From a virus (taxonomy: Duplodnaviria; Heunggongvirae; Uroviricota; Caudoviricetes): 39,239 bases of DNA. The stretch lies in the IMG/VR virus record IMGVR_UViG_2737471849_000004, positions 1 to 39,239 of that record. The stretch is one strand, 5' to 3'. The translations under genes were made by a program, and so were the position numbers. Each line of letters starts with the position of its first letter. Position 1 is the first letter of the stretch. Below, one piece after another: positions 37,230-39,239 of the stretch. The notes beneath the pieces are model-generated. The model worked only from the letters and a program-made list of their open reading frames with translations. It was not told the origin of the DNA and did not search any database.

Positions 37230-39239
37230 ATGACAGACATTACAGCCAATGTGATCATATCAATGCCTTCGCAACTCTTCACTATGGCGCGTTCTTTTAA
37301 AGCCGTAGCCAATGGCGAAATTTATATCGGTAAAATTGACACTGACCCGGTAAACCCTGAAAACCAGATTCAGGTTTATGTGGAGAACGAAGACGGCTCT
37401 CACGTTCCTGTTTCGCAACCAATCATCATTAACGCTGCTGGTTACCCTGTATATAACGGACAGATTGCCAAGTTCGTAACTGTGCAAGGCCATTCTATGG
37501 CTGTTTATGATGCGTATGGTTCTCAGCAATTCTATTTTCCTAATGTGCTGAAGTATGACCCTGATCAGTTAAGACAGGAGCTTGCTGCACCTGGTGGTGT
37601 GGATTTAGTAAATGGGGCCGCAAAGCAGACTGATATAGACACCCTTAATAAGCGTACTGATGTCTATGCTTACATCGAAGATTATGAAAATCTTGTTGTT
37701 GATGATGACTGGTCAGACGCCATTCAGGCAGCATTTGATACTGGCAAAGAAATCATAGGGATCAAGGGTAAGAAGTATAAAGTTACTAAAATCATAAATA
37801 CTAAAGGGCAAAGATATGTTGGAGAACTAACTTTAGATCTGCAAAGAATAAGCATACCAAATGCTGTTGTTACCTCAAATTATGCTAAGCCTGATAATGC
37901 TTTTTTCCGAGGCATATACGTAGGGACAGCATACGATTTTTGCGAAATGTTGAGAATAAAGTCCTTGGGGTTTAATACCGTTATTCATTACTGCTATTTT
38001 GATAATAATGGTACTGTCGACATGGACGGAACCATGACCAAGCTTCTCAATAATTGCCTATCTGCTGGATTGAACGTGGTTATTAATACAAATATTGAAT
38101 CTAGTCATGGTCAAGGAACTGTTGCAGAGATTGTTGGTCGGTGTGACAGTTTTTCAAACTGCATTGGATATAGCGTAGTTGACGAACCAGCCAGTAGAGG
38201 AATCAGCGTTGCCGATCAGGACCAAATGATTGCAACACTGAGAGAACTTACGAATAAAAAGCTTTTTTCAGTAGATTACATGTGGGTCAACTCTCCTTGG
38301 GAATATAAATTCTCAAGGAATTATGACGTTTTTCTTGTCAATAGCTACAGCATGTACTATTCATCAGGCTCTCTTCAAGAGAGGGTTGATAAAGATCTTG
38401 GAAAAATGAGGACTGATATTGGTGGATGCATGATGGTAACTGGTTCTGCGCGAATCATTCCTGTCGTGCAAACTTTTTCTCAATTCGAAACAAATCCAGT
38501 GGAGGGTATAAATGGGTCATATTGTTTTGATGTTGATCAGATTGTATCTGCCGCCCGAGTTTTCGGAAAAACAGGCAATGGAGATTTCGCAGCATTCTGC
38601 TGGGACAATGGCTTCACCACTACGCTCGCAAAAGAAGTAAAGTACCAAACCTTAGTAAAAGAACTTGTAAATCATGCTGATAAAGGTGAAATCTATAGAA
38701 CCGAGCCTATTCTATTTGGAGGGGTTGGAGGATATCCAGGACGGGTTCAATACCCTTTGGGGTGCTTAAATGTTATACAAACATATAAAGATCCCCTTAA
38801 TACAATTGATAATTGGCTTGGTGGAGGCGCAGCTCCTGTAAGATTAATGACCGGGTCGTCAGAAACCCCACTGAGAACAACACTACCTGGAGTCGACACA
38901 TCTGGAATAGGTTTTAATAAGACATTTAGCAGACTTGTTACAACTAAAAGTTTATTAAAATATTTCACTGGATTCGCAGTATTTGAGAATTATGGGAATC
39001 CCTTACTAAAACCAGCATCATTTGAAGTGTACTCAACTACAGATGGTGGTTATACAGAAGCCCTTAGATATACTACAGGAGTAACTGCCGGGTCTTCATT
39101 TAGGTTTTCAGGCCTCATGACCAATAGCTATGATGGTATAGGTGATTGCGCCGTATTCGCACTATCAGTAGATCCAAGTGATGCACTGGATAATTATAGA
39201 CGGATTATATATGGATTATTTATAAGTACAAACTGGTAA
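37230..39239 (+). CDS. Tailspike: P22 gp9-like head-binding domain fused to a non-P22 receptor-binding/enzymatic domain
   Basis: 669 aa; first ~110 aa ([17 protein letters not shown]...[25 protein letters not shown]...VLKYDPDQ) match the P22-family head-binding domain; the rest is AT-richer and unlike P22 gp9. Confidence 0.85.
   Translation: MTDITANVIISMPSQLFTMARSFKAVANGEIYIGKIDTDPVNPENQIQVYVENEDGSHVPVSQPIIINAAGYPVYNGQIAKFVTVQGHSMAVYDAYGSQQFYFPNVLKYDPDQLRQELAAPGGVDLVNGAAKQTDIDTLNKRTDVYAYIEDYENLVVDDDWSDAIQAAFDTGKEIIGIKGKKYKVTKIINTKGQRYVGELTLDLQRISIPNAVVTSNYAKPDNAFFRGIYVGTAYDFCEMLRIKSLGFNTVIHYCYFDNNGTVDMDGTMTKLLNNCLSAGLNVVINTNIESSHGQGTVAEIVGRCDSFSNCIGYSVVDEPASRGISVADQDQMIATLRELTNKKLFSVDYMWVNSPWEYKFSRNYDVFLVNSYSMYYSSGSLQERVDKDLGKMRTDIGGCMMVTGSARIIPVVQTFSQFETNPVEGINGSYCFDVDQIVSAARVFGKTGNGDFAAFCWDNGFTTTLAKEVKYQTLVKELVNHADKGEIYRTEPILFGGVGGYPGRVQYPLGCLNVIQTYKDPLNTIDNWLGGGAAPVRLMTGSSETPLRTTLPGVDTSGIGFNKTFSRLVTTKSLLKYFTGFAVFENYGNPLLKPASFEVYSTTDGGYTEALRYTTGVTAGSSFRFSGLMTNSYDGIGDCAVFALSVDPSDALDNYRRIIYGLFISTNW

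Larger units (their letters stand above)
1690..39239. mobile_element. Lambdoid P22/Sf6-like prophage (left junction to tailspike; right end outside window)
   Basis: Contiguous phage gene order from att core and xis through immunity, replication, nin, lysis and virion genes to tailspike. Confidence 0.85.

Overview
This window is the left junction and nearly the whole body of a lambdoid, P22-like prophage lying next to a host sucrose-permease gene (cscB-like, 1..1248). A 15-nt fragment matching the 3' end of tRNA-Arg (argW, recalled from memory) sits at 1690..1704, about 70 bp from an AlpA-type excisionase gene, and no integrase ORF is present between them. The prophage is a mosaic: N, nutL, nutR, cII, the nin region (ninB, ninE, ninF, rusA, ninH), and the lysis cassette S/R/Rz/Rz1 match phage lambda as I recall it, while the repressor, operators, replication genes and the whole virion module are P22/Sf6-like. 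Gene order is: leftward early operon (RecT recombinase, Kil, cIII, many small coupled ORFs), immunity region, O-like initiator with ori iterons, DnaB-like helicase, nin region with a Dam methylase, Q, two tRNA-like genes, lysis genes, terminase, portal, scaffold, coat, gp4, gp10, tail needle, ejection proteins, an immI region (mnt, arc, ant) and tailspike. The window ends at the tailspike stop, so the right junction is not visible. The best candidates for an undescribed system are (1) a cluster of small accessory genes between the last ejection-protein gene and mnt, including a secreted protein divergent from an HExxH-motif protein and two promoter-gene-terminator cassettes, and (2) a small membrane protein translationally coupled to the repressor gene in the rex position. 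Also notable are an HNH homing endonuclease inserted at the 5' end of gene 10 with a recoded duplicate of that 5' end, and a tailspike whose receptor-binding domain is not P22-like. No CRISPR array, rRNA or transposase was seen. All homology statements come from reading the translations and memory of the families, not from database searches; hand-derived coordinates of small features may be off by a few nt.
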